Assembly (NCBI GenBank): GCA_019873645.1
Contig: JAIOAX010000022.1
Coordinates: forward strand, 20,599 to 84,598
Direction: 5' to 3'
From: Chloroflexota bacterium
GTDB lineage: Bacteria; Chloroflexota; Anaerolineae; B4-G1; SLSP01
DNA length: 64,000 nucleotides
The notes under the pieces are model-generated. The model was given only the letters and a program-made list of their open reading frames with translations, was not told where the DNA came from and made no database searches. Numbering within the stretch: position 1 is the first letter of the stretch; each line of letters begins with the position of its first letter. This document shows, piece after piece, positions 1-8,362 of the stretch. Made by a program: the position numbers and the translations under genes.

Positions 1-13
1 TACACCGGAGTCT

Positions 14-955
14 TTGCTAACTGAATCTCTGGAAAAATTGCAGCGAAGCCACGACGTTCCGGCGGTTCTCAAACACTATCCAGATCAGGCAGAAACTCTG
101 CGCCCTTTGCTTGAGACGGCGCAGAGAGTCGGCGTGTACTATGCTGATGTTCCTCACCCCCCGGGTGGCCTAATGGAAGGTCGCAAGCGCGCCTTGACGT
201 TCGCCGCCGCACAACGCGCCGCACGCCCCAGACGGCGCGTCCTGGGGAATCCCAATGGCCTGTTCTGGAAGTTCGCCGGTGCCATGCTGACTCTCGCCCT
301 CCTCCTCATCCCCTTGCAGAGGACGCTCGTTTCGGCGGCCAGCACCACCCTGCCGGGCAATCCCCTCTACGACTTGAAGTTATCCGCAGAGGATCAGCTT
401 TTTGCCTCGATGGACGACGCCGAAGCCAAAGTGGTGCTGGCGATTTCGCTGGCCGATGAGCGGATAGAAGAAATCCGCGCCCTGGTGGAAAGACGGCAGG
501 AGATTCCGGTAGACGTATTGTATCGTATGGATTACATGTTCCGTACCGCCCTGCTGTCGGCAGCCTGGGCGCCGGAGCCGCTCATGCCCAATATGCTGGC
601 CTACATCGTCCATCACCTTCACCAGCAGGTGCAGCAATTGGAACTCTTAAAAATGCAGGCGACACCGAAAAACTTGTCCATGCTGAACAATATCCAAACC
701 TTGTGCCTGAAAACGCAGGTTATTGCTATGGTGGCGCTGGAGAATCCCGAAACATTCCGCGAAGCCTACCAGGCCGGGTTGCCGGAAAAAATGCCGCTTC
801 CTAACGGTGGGCCGCTGAGCGGCGTCGTGATCACCGAAGAGCTGCGGAACCTGGTTGTCTCAACGCCGGATTCTGAGTTATTGCCGCCGGTCAATACGCC
901 GACGATACCTGTTTTGACGCCGACCGTGACGCCGGGCGCCGCGGGCGACTCTTAA
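14..955 (+). CDS. Membrane-anchored DUF5667-like protein (type encoded next to ECF sigma factors); 5' end probably just upstream of the window
   Basis: The frame stays open back to base 2. The N-terminal helix LESLEKLQ..HYPDQAETLRPLLETA resembles anti-sigma-associated proteins. One TM helix (FAGAMLTLALLLIPL) and a PT-rich tail. Confidence 0.5.
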   Translation: MLTESLEKLQRSHDVPAVLKHYPDQAETLRPLLETAQRVGVYYADVPHPPGGLMEGRKRALTFAAAQRAARPRRRVLGNPNGLFWKFAGAMLTLALLLIPLQRTLVSAASTTLPGNPLYDLKLSAEDQLFASMDDAEAKVVLAISLADERIEEIRALVERRQEIPVDVLYRMDYMFRTALLSAAWAPEPLMPNMLAYIVHHLHQQVQQLELLKMQATPKNLSMLNNIQTLCLKTQVIAMVALENPETFREAYQAGLPEKMPLPNGGPLSGVVITEELRNLVVSTPDSELLPPVNTPTIPVLTPTVTPGAAGDS

Positions 956-1061
956 CCACAGATCACCCAGATTTCACAGATACTTCCGTGTAATCCGTGG
1001 TGATTTCCGATAATATTTAGCAGAGAGCCGCGACTGATTTGGCGATAAGGGGGAAAGCATT

Positions 1062-2948
1062 ATGAATAGACGAAGACTAAATGGTCAAGGACTTGTAGAG
1101 TTCGCACTGATCCTCCCCATCTTGCTGTTGGTGATCATCGGCACCATCGAATTTGCGCGCATTTTTATCATCTATACGACTGTCTCAAACGCCGCGCGTG
1201 AAGGTGCGCGTTACGGCATGGTCAGCCCCAAAGACATTGCGGGGATCATTGAGAAGGTCAATGAGACGCTGGTGTTGACGACGCCGGAGAACCTGTCTAT
1301 CCAGGTGCGCTATGACACTGGGCCGGGGGGGAGCGAGTATACCAATCCCGACAACGTGGCCGTCGGCCATCGTGTCATCGTGGAGGTGCAGTATCAGATT
1401 GACGCACTGACCCCCATTTTTGCGCCGTTCATCCCTGCGAACTTCATGGTAGACGTGCGCAATGCCCGTACCATCCAGAGCGTGCGGACTGAGATTAGCA
1501 CACCACCGACTTTCCCTCCTCCCCCGCCGCCTACCGAGCCAACTACAGAGCCGACGGGAGAGCCGACCACAGAACCGACTACAGAACCGACCGGCGGACC
1601 GACCACCTCTACGCCTGGACCGCAAACACCGACTTTCACCCCTACGCCGCGCCCCCCGACGGCTACACCAACCCCTATCCCCATCGTCATCACCAAGCCG
1701 CTGTGGGAAGGCGATACTACCGTGCGAGGAAGGGGCGCCCCTAACCAGGTCATTACCTTACGTATTGTACAGACCGGTTATCAGATCAGCGGTATCATAG
1801 ATGCCAGCGGCAACTTCCTGTTCAATGTGTCACCGGCGCTCGTCGGTGGGCATACGGTCCTCGTCCAGGGATACGGCAGCCAGGATCTCGCTGTGGTGCA
1901 GGTGCGAACGCCTACCCCCACGCCGGCGGCTACACCGACCACGGCTTACATTCGTGTGACTGCCCCTGCCGGCGCCTGCACCAACGATTCCATTACGAAC
2001 ATCACGGTCACAGGGGACAACTGGTCCTCCCAGGCCAAGGATATGTATCTTTACTGGGACTCCGATCTGACCAATCACGTCTGTGTGGCGACCTTGAGCG
2101 GTGGGGGTTTCACCTGCACCTTCAGCGCGTATGTTACCACAGGCAACCATACCATCACCGGCATTGCCAAAAAGAGCAACGGCCAACAAGTCGATTCGCC
2201 GGCGACGACCACGTTCGTTCGTCCGTGCCCCGGCACGCCGACGCCGACGCCGACGCCTTCCGTTTTGACAGACCTGCGCATCGTGGGAATCAGCCTGCAG
2301 AATGTGCCGCCCCTGGGCACATACGAGACGCTGCGGGTCACGGTCGGTGTGAAGAACGCGGGGACCGTAGACGTGACCTCCCTTTTCTGGGTGGACCTCT
2401 TCGCCAATCCGACGCGGGTGTTGACCTCAGAGGTCAGCGTGGATTACGTGGCCCTCAACGCGATTGCCGCCGGGTCAACGGTCAGCTTCACGATGTACGT
2501 CCCCAACGGCTTTAAGGAAGTGGGAAGCCATACGTTGCAGGCGATGGTGGACACATGGAACCAGGTCATGGAAACCGATGAGACCAACAACATCAGCGCG
2601 CTGCTGCCGGTGACGGTGACGGTGAACAACCCGGCGCCCACCCCCACCCCTACCCCGGCCGGCACCTTGCCGCCGCCCGGCAACATCCAGGGCGTGACCC
2701 GCCTCAACGGGCCGCCGCAAAGTAACGTCAGCGTTTACGTCTATGCGACGGATGGCCGTCTGGTAGGATCAGGCCGTTCAGATGTCAACGGCAACTACTT
2801 CATTACCAACGTGCCGGCAGGCTCTTACACCGTTGTCGGTGAGCTGCGCCTGGCGAATACGCTGTATCGTGGGCAAGTGTCCCCTGTCGTTGTGGTGGCC
2901 GGGCAAACCACCACCGGGGTCAACATTGACCTGGTCGCGGTACCTTAA
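1062..2948 (+). CDS. TadE-like pseudopilin N-terminus fused to a PT-rich linker, Ig-like segments, a CARDB-like domain and a carboxypeptidase-regulatory-like domain (pilus-associated adhesin candidate)
   Basis: GQGLVEFALILPILLLVIIGTIEFARIF is the TadE motif. PTEPT repeats lie at about 1520-1680. NAGTVDV...ETDETNN is a CARDB signature and DVNGNYFITNVPAGSYTV a CarboxypepD_reg signature. A purine-rich SD (AAGGGGGA) lies upstream. Confidence 0.75.
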   Translation: MNRRRLNGQGLVEFALILPILLLVIIGTIEFARIFIIYTTVSNAAREGARYGMVSPKDIAGIIEKVNETLVLTTPENLSIQVRYDTGPGGSEYTNPDNVAVGHRVIVEVQYQIDALTPIFAPFIPANFMVDVRNARTIQSVRTEISTPPTFPPPPPPTEPTTEPTGEPTTEPTTEPTGGPTTSTPGPQTPTFTPTPRPPTATPTPIPIVITKPLWEGDTTVRGRGAPNQVITLRIVQTGYQISGIIDASGNFLFNVSPALVGGHTVLVQGYGSQDLAVVQVRTPTPTPAATPTTAYIRVTAPAGACTNDSITNITVTGDNWSSQAKDMYLYWDSDLTNHVCVATLSGGGFTCTFSAYVTTGNHTITGIAKKSNGQQVDSPATTTFVRPCPGTPTPTPTPSVLTDLRIVGISLQNVPPLGTYETLRVTVGVKNAGTVDVTSLFWVDLFANPTRVLTSEVSVDYVALNAIAAGSTVSFTMYVPNGFKEVGSHTLQAMVDTWNQVMETDETNNISALLPVTVTVNNPAPTPTPTPAGTLPPPGNIQGVTRLNGPPQSNVSVYVYATDGRLVGSGRSDVNGNYFITNVPAGSYTVVGELRLANTLYRGQVSPVVVVAGQTTTGVNIDLVAVP

Positions 2949-2949
2949 C

Positions 2950-4314
2950 ATGAATAAACGTCTATATGGAGTGCTGATTGCAGTCTTGTTGGCGGTCGGC
3001 CTGGTTGTGGGGATCCAGGCCGCCGTGGGAGAGCCGTGGATAGGCGCTCAACCTCCGCTGAACCTCTCCCATTCCCAAGATGTGGAGGATGAAGCCAATC
3101 TAGCGGTGGGCACCGGTGGGCGCGTGGCGGCGATCTGGACAAGCAAGGCCAAGCCCGGCGTCTTCCTGCGGCAGGCTCAGGATGGCGTGTGGGAGACGGG
3201 AGTTATTACGCTGGCCTCCGGGCAGGCGGCCTGGTATCCGGCAGTGGCCTATTCGGGAACGCAAGTCATTGCCGCCTGGGCGCAAGGTGCGGCGCGCTAC
3301 CCACGTCATCAAGTGCCCCGCGCCGTGATGCAGCGTGACGTAGGGCTTCCGCAGGCGCAGACGATTATTACACCGGTCTACGGCAACATCGAGATCAGTT
3401 TGGTGATTGCGCCGACGGGGATGCACATGCTCTTTGCGGCTGCGGCGATGACTCAGACGGCGCAACGTTTTGAATGGGACCTGTATTACACGCATCGCTG
3501 TCTGACCGAGACAACCTGGGCGGCCCCAACCATCATCATCACCCATGCGCAGGTCATCCCGGTGCGGACGCCTAATACGACGGCGGGGGTCTGGGAGCCG
3601 CAGTTAGCCGTAAATCATGAGGGCACGCAACTCAGCGTTGTGTGGTCTCAGGAACATACGGAAACCCCGTCTCTGCCGACCGAAACTGTGCCTTTTACCC
3701 ACACCATCTGGTATGTTTCCGGTACCTGGCAAGCGGGGAGCGTGACCTGGGCCGCGCCCCGGCAAGTTTCACCGCCGACACAGCACCATGCCGTCCGCCC
3801 TGACGTGGCCGTAGATACAGCCGGGAAAGCGCATATTGTATGGACGGAATTGATTCCCAATGCCGAGGGCAGCATTGTCTATGCCGCCGAGCAGCATATT
3901 AACTATCTTCAGCCTGGCGCTCCTGCACCGGTCAGAATCAGCGGCGAGGCCGTCCGCGTGAATAACAACAAGCCGACCTGGGCCACGGCGGCCTTGGCGC
4001 TCAGCGGTAGCCGCATGTGCGTCGCCTGGCATGGATTTTACGGACCGGCGGAGATACAACCCCCGGCAGAAATCTACATGCGTTGCTCGAAAGATACGGG
4101 CAAGTCCTGGCAGTCCATCATCAACGTCTCGGCAAGTACGGCGAAACTTTCAATCTTTCCGGCGGCGGCACTGGATGGGGAAGGTCACACGCATGTTGTC
4201 TGGACAGAGTTCCGGCTTGTAGACAATTGGTGGGTGCCTGACGATCTTTACTATCGCGTCGGTACATCCGAAATTAAACAGGTCTTCCTGCCGGTGGTGC
4301 TTCGGCAAAGCTAG
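2950..4314 (+). CDS. BNR/Asp-box repeat beta-propeller protein with an N-terminal membrane anchor
   Basis: I place the start at ATG 2950 (MNKRLYGVLIAVLLAVGLVVG signal/anchor), 2 nt after the upstream stop. Recurrent xxVWT/VWS strands and the Asp-box SKDTGKSW. The longer 2782 start overlaps the previous gene. Confidence 0.7.
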   Translation: MNKRLYGVLIAVLLAVGLVVGIQAAVGEPWIGAQPPLNLSHSQDVEDEANLAVGTGGRVAAIWTSKAKPGVFLRQAQDGVWETGVITLASGQAAWYPAVAYSGTQVIAAWAQGAARYPRHQVPRAVMQRDVGLPQAQTIITPVYGNIEISLVIAPTGMHMLFAAAAMTQTAQRFEWDLYYTHRCLTETTWAAPTIIITHAQVIPVRTPNTTAGVWEPQLAVNHEGTQLSVVWSQEHTETPSLPTETVPFTHTIWYVSGTWQAGSVTWAAPRQVSPPTQHHAVRPDVAVDTAGKAHIVWTELIPNAEGSIVYAAEQHINYLQPGAPAPVRISGEAVRVNNNKPTWATAALALSGSRMCVAWHGFYGPAEIQPPAEIYMRCSKDTGKSWQSIINVSASTAKLSIFPAAALDGEGHTHVVWTEFRLVDNWWVPDDLYYRVGTSEIKQVFLPVVLRQS

Positions 4315-4316
4315 GC

Positions 4317-4955
4317 GTGTTTATGAACAAAACACAGCTTACGCGCATCGGGTTGGGCGTGTTGGTCATGGCGCTGTTGATCATCCTGGGGGTGATCCTG
4401 CTGAATCTGTTAGCTGCGACCAATCATCCCACCACCGCCGCGCCGACCGGCAGAACGCAGATCTGGCGCGCGGCCGATTCGGGGTTGACGCTGGAGGAGT
4501 CGGAGCAGCGCGCCGTAGCCCGCGCGCGTACCTGGGCTGCGGATGTGGTGTTGATTCGCGCCGAAGCCGCCTGGCGTCCCGGTGTAGAAGGTCGCCAGAT
4601 CGAACAACCGCCGGTGACATGGTCGTTCTACTATTACTCGCCGATGAAGCAGCAGTTGGTCAGTGTGGTGGTTACGCGCGAGCAACTTTACTGGGTGCCG
4701 CCATTGGACATCAGCTACGCGCCGAAGTCTATTCCGACGCTCCCACGCTACGGCGTGGATGTGGCGTGGCTTTCCTTCCGCGCCGCCGGCGGGGAAGACT
4801 TTCTGCGCCGCTACCCGGAGGCGATGGTGGATTTTCGCTTGCGACCGCACACAAACGGCGGCATGGTGTGGAGCGTCGCCGCTTTTGAAGGTCAGGATTA
4901 CCTGGAAGTGCTGATAGACGCCGAATCGGGCGCGGTATTGCCGAATGTAAAGTGA
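4317..4955 (+). CDS. Membrane-anchored hypothetical protein (PepSY-like C-terminus possible)
   Basis: N-terminal TM helix IGLGVLVMALLIILGVILLNLL. The C-terminus YLEVLIDAESGAVLP is reminiscent of PepSY. Begins 3 nt after the previous stop. The start could instead be ATG 4323. Confidence 0.5.
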   Translation: MFMNKTQLTRIGLGVLVMALLIILGVILLNLLAATNHPTTAAPTGRTQIWRAADSGLTLEESEQRAVARARTWAADVVLIRAEAAWRPGVEGRQIEQPPVTWSFYYYSPMKQQLVSVVVTREQLYWVPPLDISYAPKSIPTLPRYGVDVAWLSFRAAGGEDFLRRYPEAMVDFRLRPHTNGGMVWSVAAFEGQDYLEVLIDAESGAVLPNVK

Positions 4956-4965
4956 CATTGACCAT

Positions 4966-5036
4966 GAATCGCGTGAATCTTCGCCGATGTCTGGACAAGG
5001 TTTGCGTAGATCAGCGAGATGAGCGGTTTATTTTTT
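4966..5036. repeat. Roughly 70-nt conserved leader element, copy A (paralog at 9804-9872)
   Basis: GAATCGCGTGAATCTTCGCC...GCGTAGATCAGCGAGATGAGCGGTTTATTTT aligns at about 80% identity with 9804-9872. It ends directly at the SD AAGGAGG of the TadE-like gene. Confidence 0.7.
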
Positions 5037-5051
5037 AAGGAGGTGTGCAAG

Positions 5052-5474
5052 ATGGTGTGCAAAAAGTATCCGCATAAACTCCATTCCAGGCGCGGACAAA
5101 GCCTGGTGGAAGTGGCGCTGGTCTTGCCGATCGTCGTGATGATCATGCTCGGCGTACTGGACCTGGGACGCGCCTTTTTCACGCTGGTAGCGCTGCACGA
5201 CGCAGCGGATGAAGGCGCCACGTATGCCGCGATTCGTCCCTACGATGTGGCCGGCATTCAACAACGCACCGTTGAGGCTTCCACGCGCCTGGTGACTTTT
5301 CAGGCAGCCGATGTCACCGTGATTTACCCGCCGACGGTGGTGGCCGGTGCGCCGATCACCGTCACGGTAGACTACGCTTTCACGCTTTACACGCCTTTCA
5401 TACAAGGGATGTTGCCGGATGGCGAGTTGAACCTTATGGGAAGTGCAACGCAGCCGATTATTACAACCAGATAG
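5052..5474 (+). CDS. TadE-like pilus assembly protein
   Basis: RRGQSLVEVALVLPIVVMIMLGVLDLGRAF is the TadE motif. SD AAGGAGG sits 8 nt upstream of ATG 5052. Confidence 0.75.
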   Translation: MVCKKYPHKLHSRRGQSLVEVALVLPIVVMIMLGVLDLGRAFFTLVALHDAADEGATYAAIRPYDVAGIQQRTVEASTRLVTFQAADVTVIYPPTVVAGAPITVTVDYAFTLYTPFIQGMLPDGELNLMGSATQPIITTR

Positions 5475-5502
5475 TATAGCCCCGCTAATGAAAATGGGCG
5501 CA

Positions 5503-5535
5503 GGACTATTCGACTAACGACTATCAGACTATTTT
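5503..5535. repeat. GACTAT-word tandem leader repeat (paralog at 13645-13685)
   Basis: GGACTATTCGACTAACGACTATCAGACTATTTTT lies immediately 5' of SD AAGGAGG. Confidence 0.7.
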
Positions 5536-5553
5536 TGTTAAAGGAGGTTTGTG

Positions 5554-6840
5554 ATGAGAAAAGAACGTGGACAGGCGATTGTGATTTTGGCTTTTGCCTT
5601 GATTGCTCTGGCGGCCTTCGCCGGTTTGGCGATTGACGGCGGCCGCCTTTATACAGCACGACGACAGTCGCAGAATACTGCCGATGCGGTGGCCATGGCC
5701 GGCACCCGCATGTTAGGGCAATTCATCGCCAATTGTACAGATGTCACGCCGCTGGCTGCGGATAACGCCATCACGCTGGAAATGGTCAAACTTGCGCGCG
5801 CCAATGGTGTGGATCCGCAGGCCGAAAACGCCAAACTGGAGGGCTGGTATGTGGATAAGAACGAGACCCCGCTGGGGCGCGTGGGATGGGGACTCGGCGT
5901 GCCCAACGGCGCGACCGGCATCCGGGCGCGGCTGACCACGACCGACACAACGACTTTCCTCAAGATCGTGGGGCAGCGCTACATCGTCGCGCCCGGCGAG
6001 GCGACCGCGATGACCGGGCCGATCCGGCAATTCGGTGGCGGCATCATCCCGATCGGCGTCCCCTTGCAGGTCATTCAAGCTCTGGAGCCGGGTGAGACTT
6101 TTTATGTGATGGAGAAAAACAACAGATGGGGGGGCGGGGTCTTTTGCCGTGATCCCAATGGCGTCGAATGTATCGGCGATGATCCGGAAAACGCCAATGC
6201 GCATCGCGGGTGGTTGAACCTGAACTACATCTACAACACCGAACATCGCACCGCCAACGATCCACTGAATCGTTCCTTTGAACAAAATGTGCCCAACAGA
6301 CCCTGCGGCAGCAATCCCGCCCAATCTGTTGATGATGGCCTGCAAGGTTGGGCCGGCGAGGACAAAAACAATGATGGCCAGGCCGATTGTCCCTACCCCT
6401 TCCCGATTATTGCCGGAACGCCCAACGCCGTTGATGGCGACTTCATCCACGGCGACCCCGGCGCACGCGAGTCCTCGCTGATGGATGTGAAGGAAACCTA
6501 CGGGGGGACAATTGCCTATGTCCCCATCTTCGACTACATCTATATGAGCGATTACATGGCCGCAAACTTCCAGGCGCCGGAGAATCCGGTACCGGATGGC
6601 AGCCTGAGCGGTTCACACTGGCCTCGCGCCGGCGGAGGGGGGCATGCCTTCCTTTACCACATTGTCGGCTTTGCTGCTGTACTACTCGATGAAAATTCGC
6701 CCAAACACACGCTCGCAGGTCAATTCCAAGGTGCAGTTGTTGGCGAAGGCGCCATTACACCGGGGAGTGGATTTAACAGCGGTGGCGGCGGCGGTGGTTC
6801 GTGTCAGCTCGGCCTCGTCGGCATACAGCTTTGGCGTTAG
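5554..6840 (+). CDS. TadG-like (Flp pilus assembly, TadE/G N-terminal) protein, paralog 1
   Basis: N-terminus RKERGQAIVILAFALIALAAFAGLAIDGGRLY..QNTADAVAMAG is the TadG-like anchor. Shared C-terminal motif VGEGAITPGSGFNSGGGGGGSCQLG..QLWR. Confidence 0.75.
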   Translation: MRKERGQAIVILAFALIALAAFAGLAIDGGRLYTARRQSQNTADAVAMAGTRMLGQFIANCTDVTPLAADNAITLEMVKLARANGVDPQAENAKLEGWYVDKNETPLGRVGWGLGVPNGATGIRARLTTTDTTTFLKIVGQRYIVAPGEATAMTGPIRQFGGGIIPIGVPLQVIQALEPGETFYVMEKNNRWGGGVFCRDPNGVECIGDDPENANAHRGWLNLNYIYNTEHRTANDPLNRSFEQNVPNRPCGSNPAQSVDDGLQGWAGEDKNNDGQADCPYPFPIIAGTPNAVDGDFIHGDPGARESSLMDVKETYGGTIAYVPIFDYIYMSDYMAANFQAPENPVPDGSLSGSHWPRAGGGGHAFLYHIVGFAAVLLDENSPKHTLAGQFQGAVVGEGAITPGSGFNSGGGGGGSCQLGLVGIQLWR

Positions 6841-6858
6841 AAGACGTTAGAATAATAG

Positions 6859-8136
6859 ATGAGAAAAGAACGTGGACAGGCGATTGTGATTTTGGCTTTT
6901 GCCTTGATTGCTCTGGCGGCCTTCGCCGGTTTGGCGATTGACGGCGGCCGCCTTTATGCTGCACGCCGGCAGTCACAGAACACCGCTGATGCGGTGGCTA
7001 TGGCCGGCACCCGGCTATTGGGGCAATTCATCGCCGACTGTACGGGAATCACGCCGCTGGCTGCGGATGAGGCCATCACACTGGAAATGATCAAACTCGC
7101 GCGTGCCAATGGTGTGGATCCACAAACCGAAAACGCCAAACTGGAGGGCTGGTATGTGGACAAGAACGAAACCCCGCTGGGGCGCGTGGGATGGGGACTC
7201 GGCGTGCCCAACGGCGCGACCGGCATCCGGGCGCGGCTGACCACGACCGACACAACGACTTTCCTCAAGATCGTGGGGCAGCGCTACATCGTCGCGCCCG
7301 GCGAGGCGACCGCGATGACCGGGCCGGTGCACTTGACCCAGTTCAGCGGAGGCGGCTTGCTGCCCATCGGGTTTCCTATCCAGCGGGTGGATTCTATCGT
7401 TGCTTCCGGCAACTATCAGTTCAAGATGTTTGAAGCCAATGGCAATATCTGCGATCGCGCTGGTATGGATTGTCCCAGCAATCCCACTCCCAATTCACAA
7501 CGAGGCTGGCTCAATTTCAACTACATCTACCACAACGCCTGGTATTCCAATCCCCCGGCGAGTAACCCTGACGGCATCAATGTCAACGGCAGCACCAGCA
7601 GTCCGTTGAACCGGGTTTTGGAATCGAACTTCGGCAATGATGATTTGAAGTATTGGGCGGTGAACGGCCCAGGACACCCTATTTATGTTGGTACGCGCGG
7701 CGATGCCTCACGGCCTGACGACCTGAACGATCCCTATCGTTACCCGCGAGATGGGGACTTCATCGTCGGGGACCCCGGCACGCGCGATGTATCACGCCGG
7801 GATGTCTGCGAAGCGCATATGCATCAGATCGTCTACCTGCCGCTCTTTGACTATGTCATCGAGCGCGCGCAGATGAGTTCCAGCGCGTTTTTCAAAAATC
7901 ACGAACCGAGTAATCCACTCAAGTTCCCCAATCAGTATTTCTACCATATCGTAGGATTCATGGCAGCAAGCCTGGATAACTGTGGCGGGGGCGGTAGCAA
8001 TGGCTACATCGAAGGGACGTTCAAATCTGCGTTTGTCGGCGAGGGCGCCGTCACGCCGGGGAACGGATTTAACAGCGGTGGCGGCGGTGGTGGTTCATGC
8101 CAGCTTGGTTTTGCAGGGGTGCAGCTCTGGCGGTAA
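6859..8136 (+). CDS. TadG-like protein, paralog 2 (tandem duplicate of paralog 1 with a divergent central region)
   Basis: Nucleotides 6859-6957 are identical to 5554-5652 and 7171-7326 are identical to 5866-6021. The central roughly 230 aa are divergent. Same C-terminal GGGGGGSCQLG..QLWR. Confidence 0.75.
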   Translation: MRKERGQAIVILAFALIALAAFAGLAIDGGRLYAARRQSQNTADAVAMAGTRLLGQFIADCTGITPLAADEAITLEMIKLARANGVDPQTENAKLEGWYVDKNETPLGRVGWGLGVPNGATGIRARLTTTDTTTFLKIVGQRYIVAPGEATAMTGPVHLTQFSGGGLLPIGFPIQRVDSIVASGNYQFKMFEANGNICDRAGMDCPSNPTPNSQRGWLNFNYIYHNAWYSNPPASNPDGINVNGSTSSPLNRVLESNFGNDDLKYWAVNGPGHPIYVGTRGDASRPDDLNDPYRYPRDGDFIVGDPGTRDVSRRDVCEAHMHQIVYLPLFDYVIERAQMSSSAFFKNHEPSNPLKFPNQYFYHIVGFMAASLDNCGGGGSNGYIEGTFKSAFVGEGAVTPGNGFNSGGGGGGSCQLGFAGVQLWR

Positions 8137-8145
8137 CCGCTTTTT

Positions 8146-8330
8146 GACAGGATTAACAGGATGTTCAGGATAAAATCCTGTTAATCCTGTCCCTATCTCG
8201 TATGGTGTCGACATCTCTAAAGTAGGAGTTACGCACTGCGCCATTTTCTGACAGGGATTAACAGGATTTTCAGGATTAAAGAAGGCTTTGTAGGAGCTTT
8301 TTCATCTTGTCAATCCTGTGAATCCTGTCA
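8146..8330. repeat. ACAGGAT-word repeats forming hairpins (terminator-like after TadG-like 2)
   Basis: GACAGGATTAACAGGAT (8146-8162) pairs perfectly with ATCCTGTTAATCCTGTC (8175-8191). A second imperfect inverted pair lies at 8248-8276 / 8305-8330. Confidence 0.6.
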
Positions 8331-8362
8331 AAAGAAACGAACCGCGTAACTACGTCTAAAAA

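Noticed and set aside
2782-2949. Upstream starts for several track ORFs: 2782, 14935, 17197, 19734, 20945, 32678 and 54791
   Set aside because: Each extension overlaps the preceding gene, a hairpin or a word repeat, and would bury a signal peptide or a recognisable N-terminus. Internal starts with an SD were preferred.
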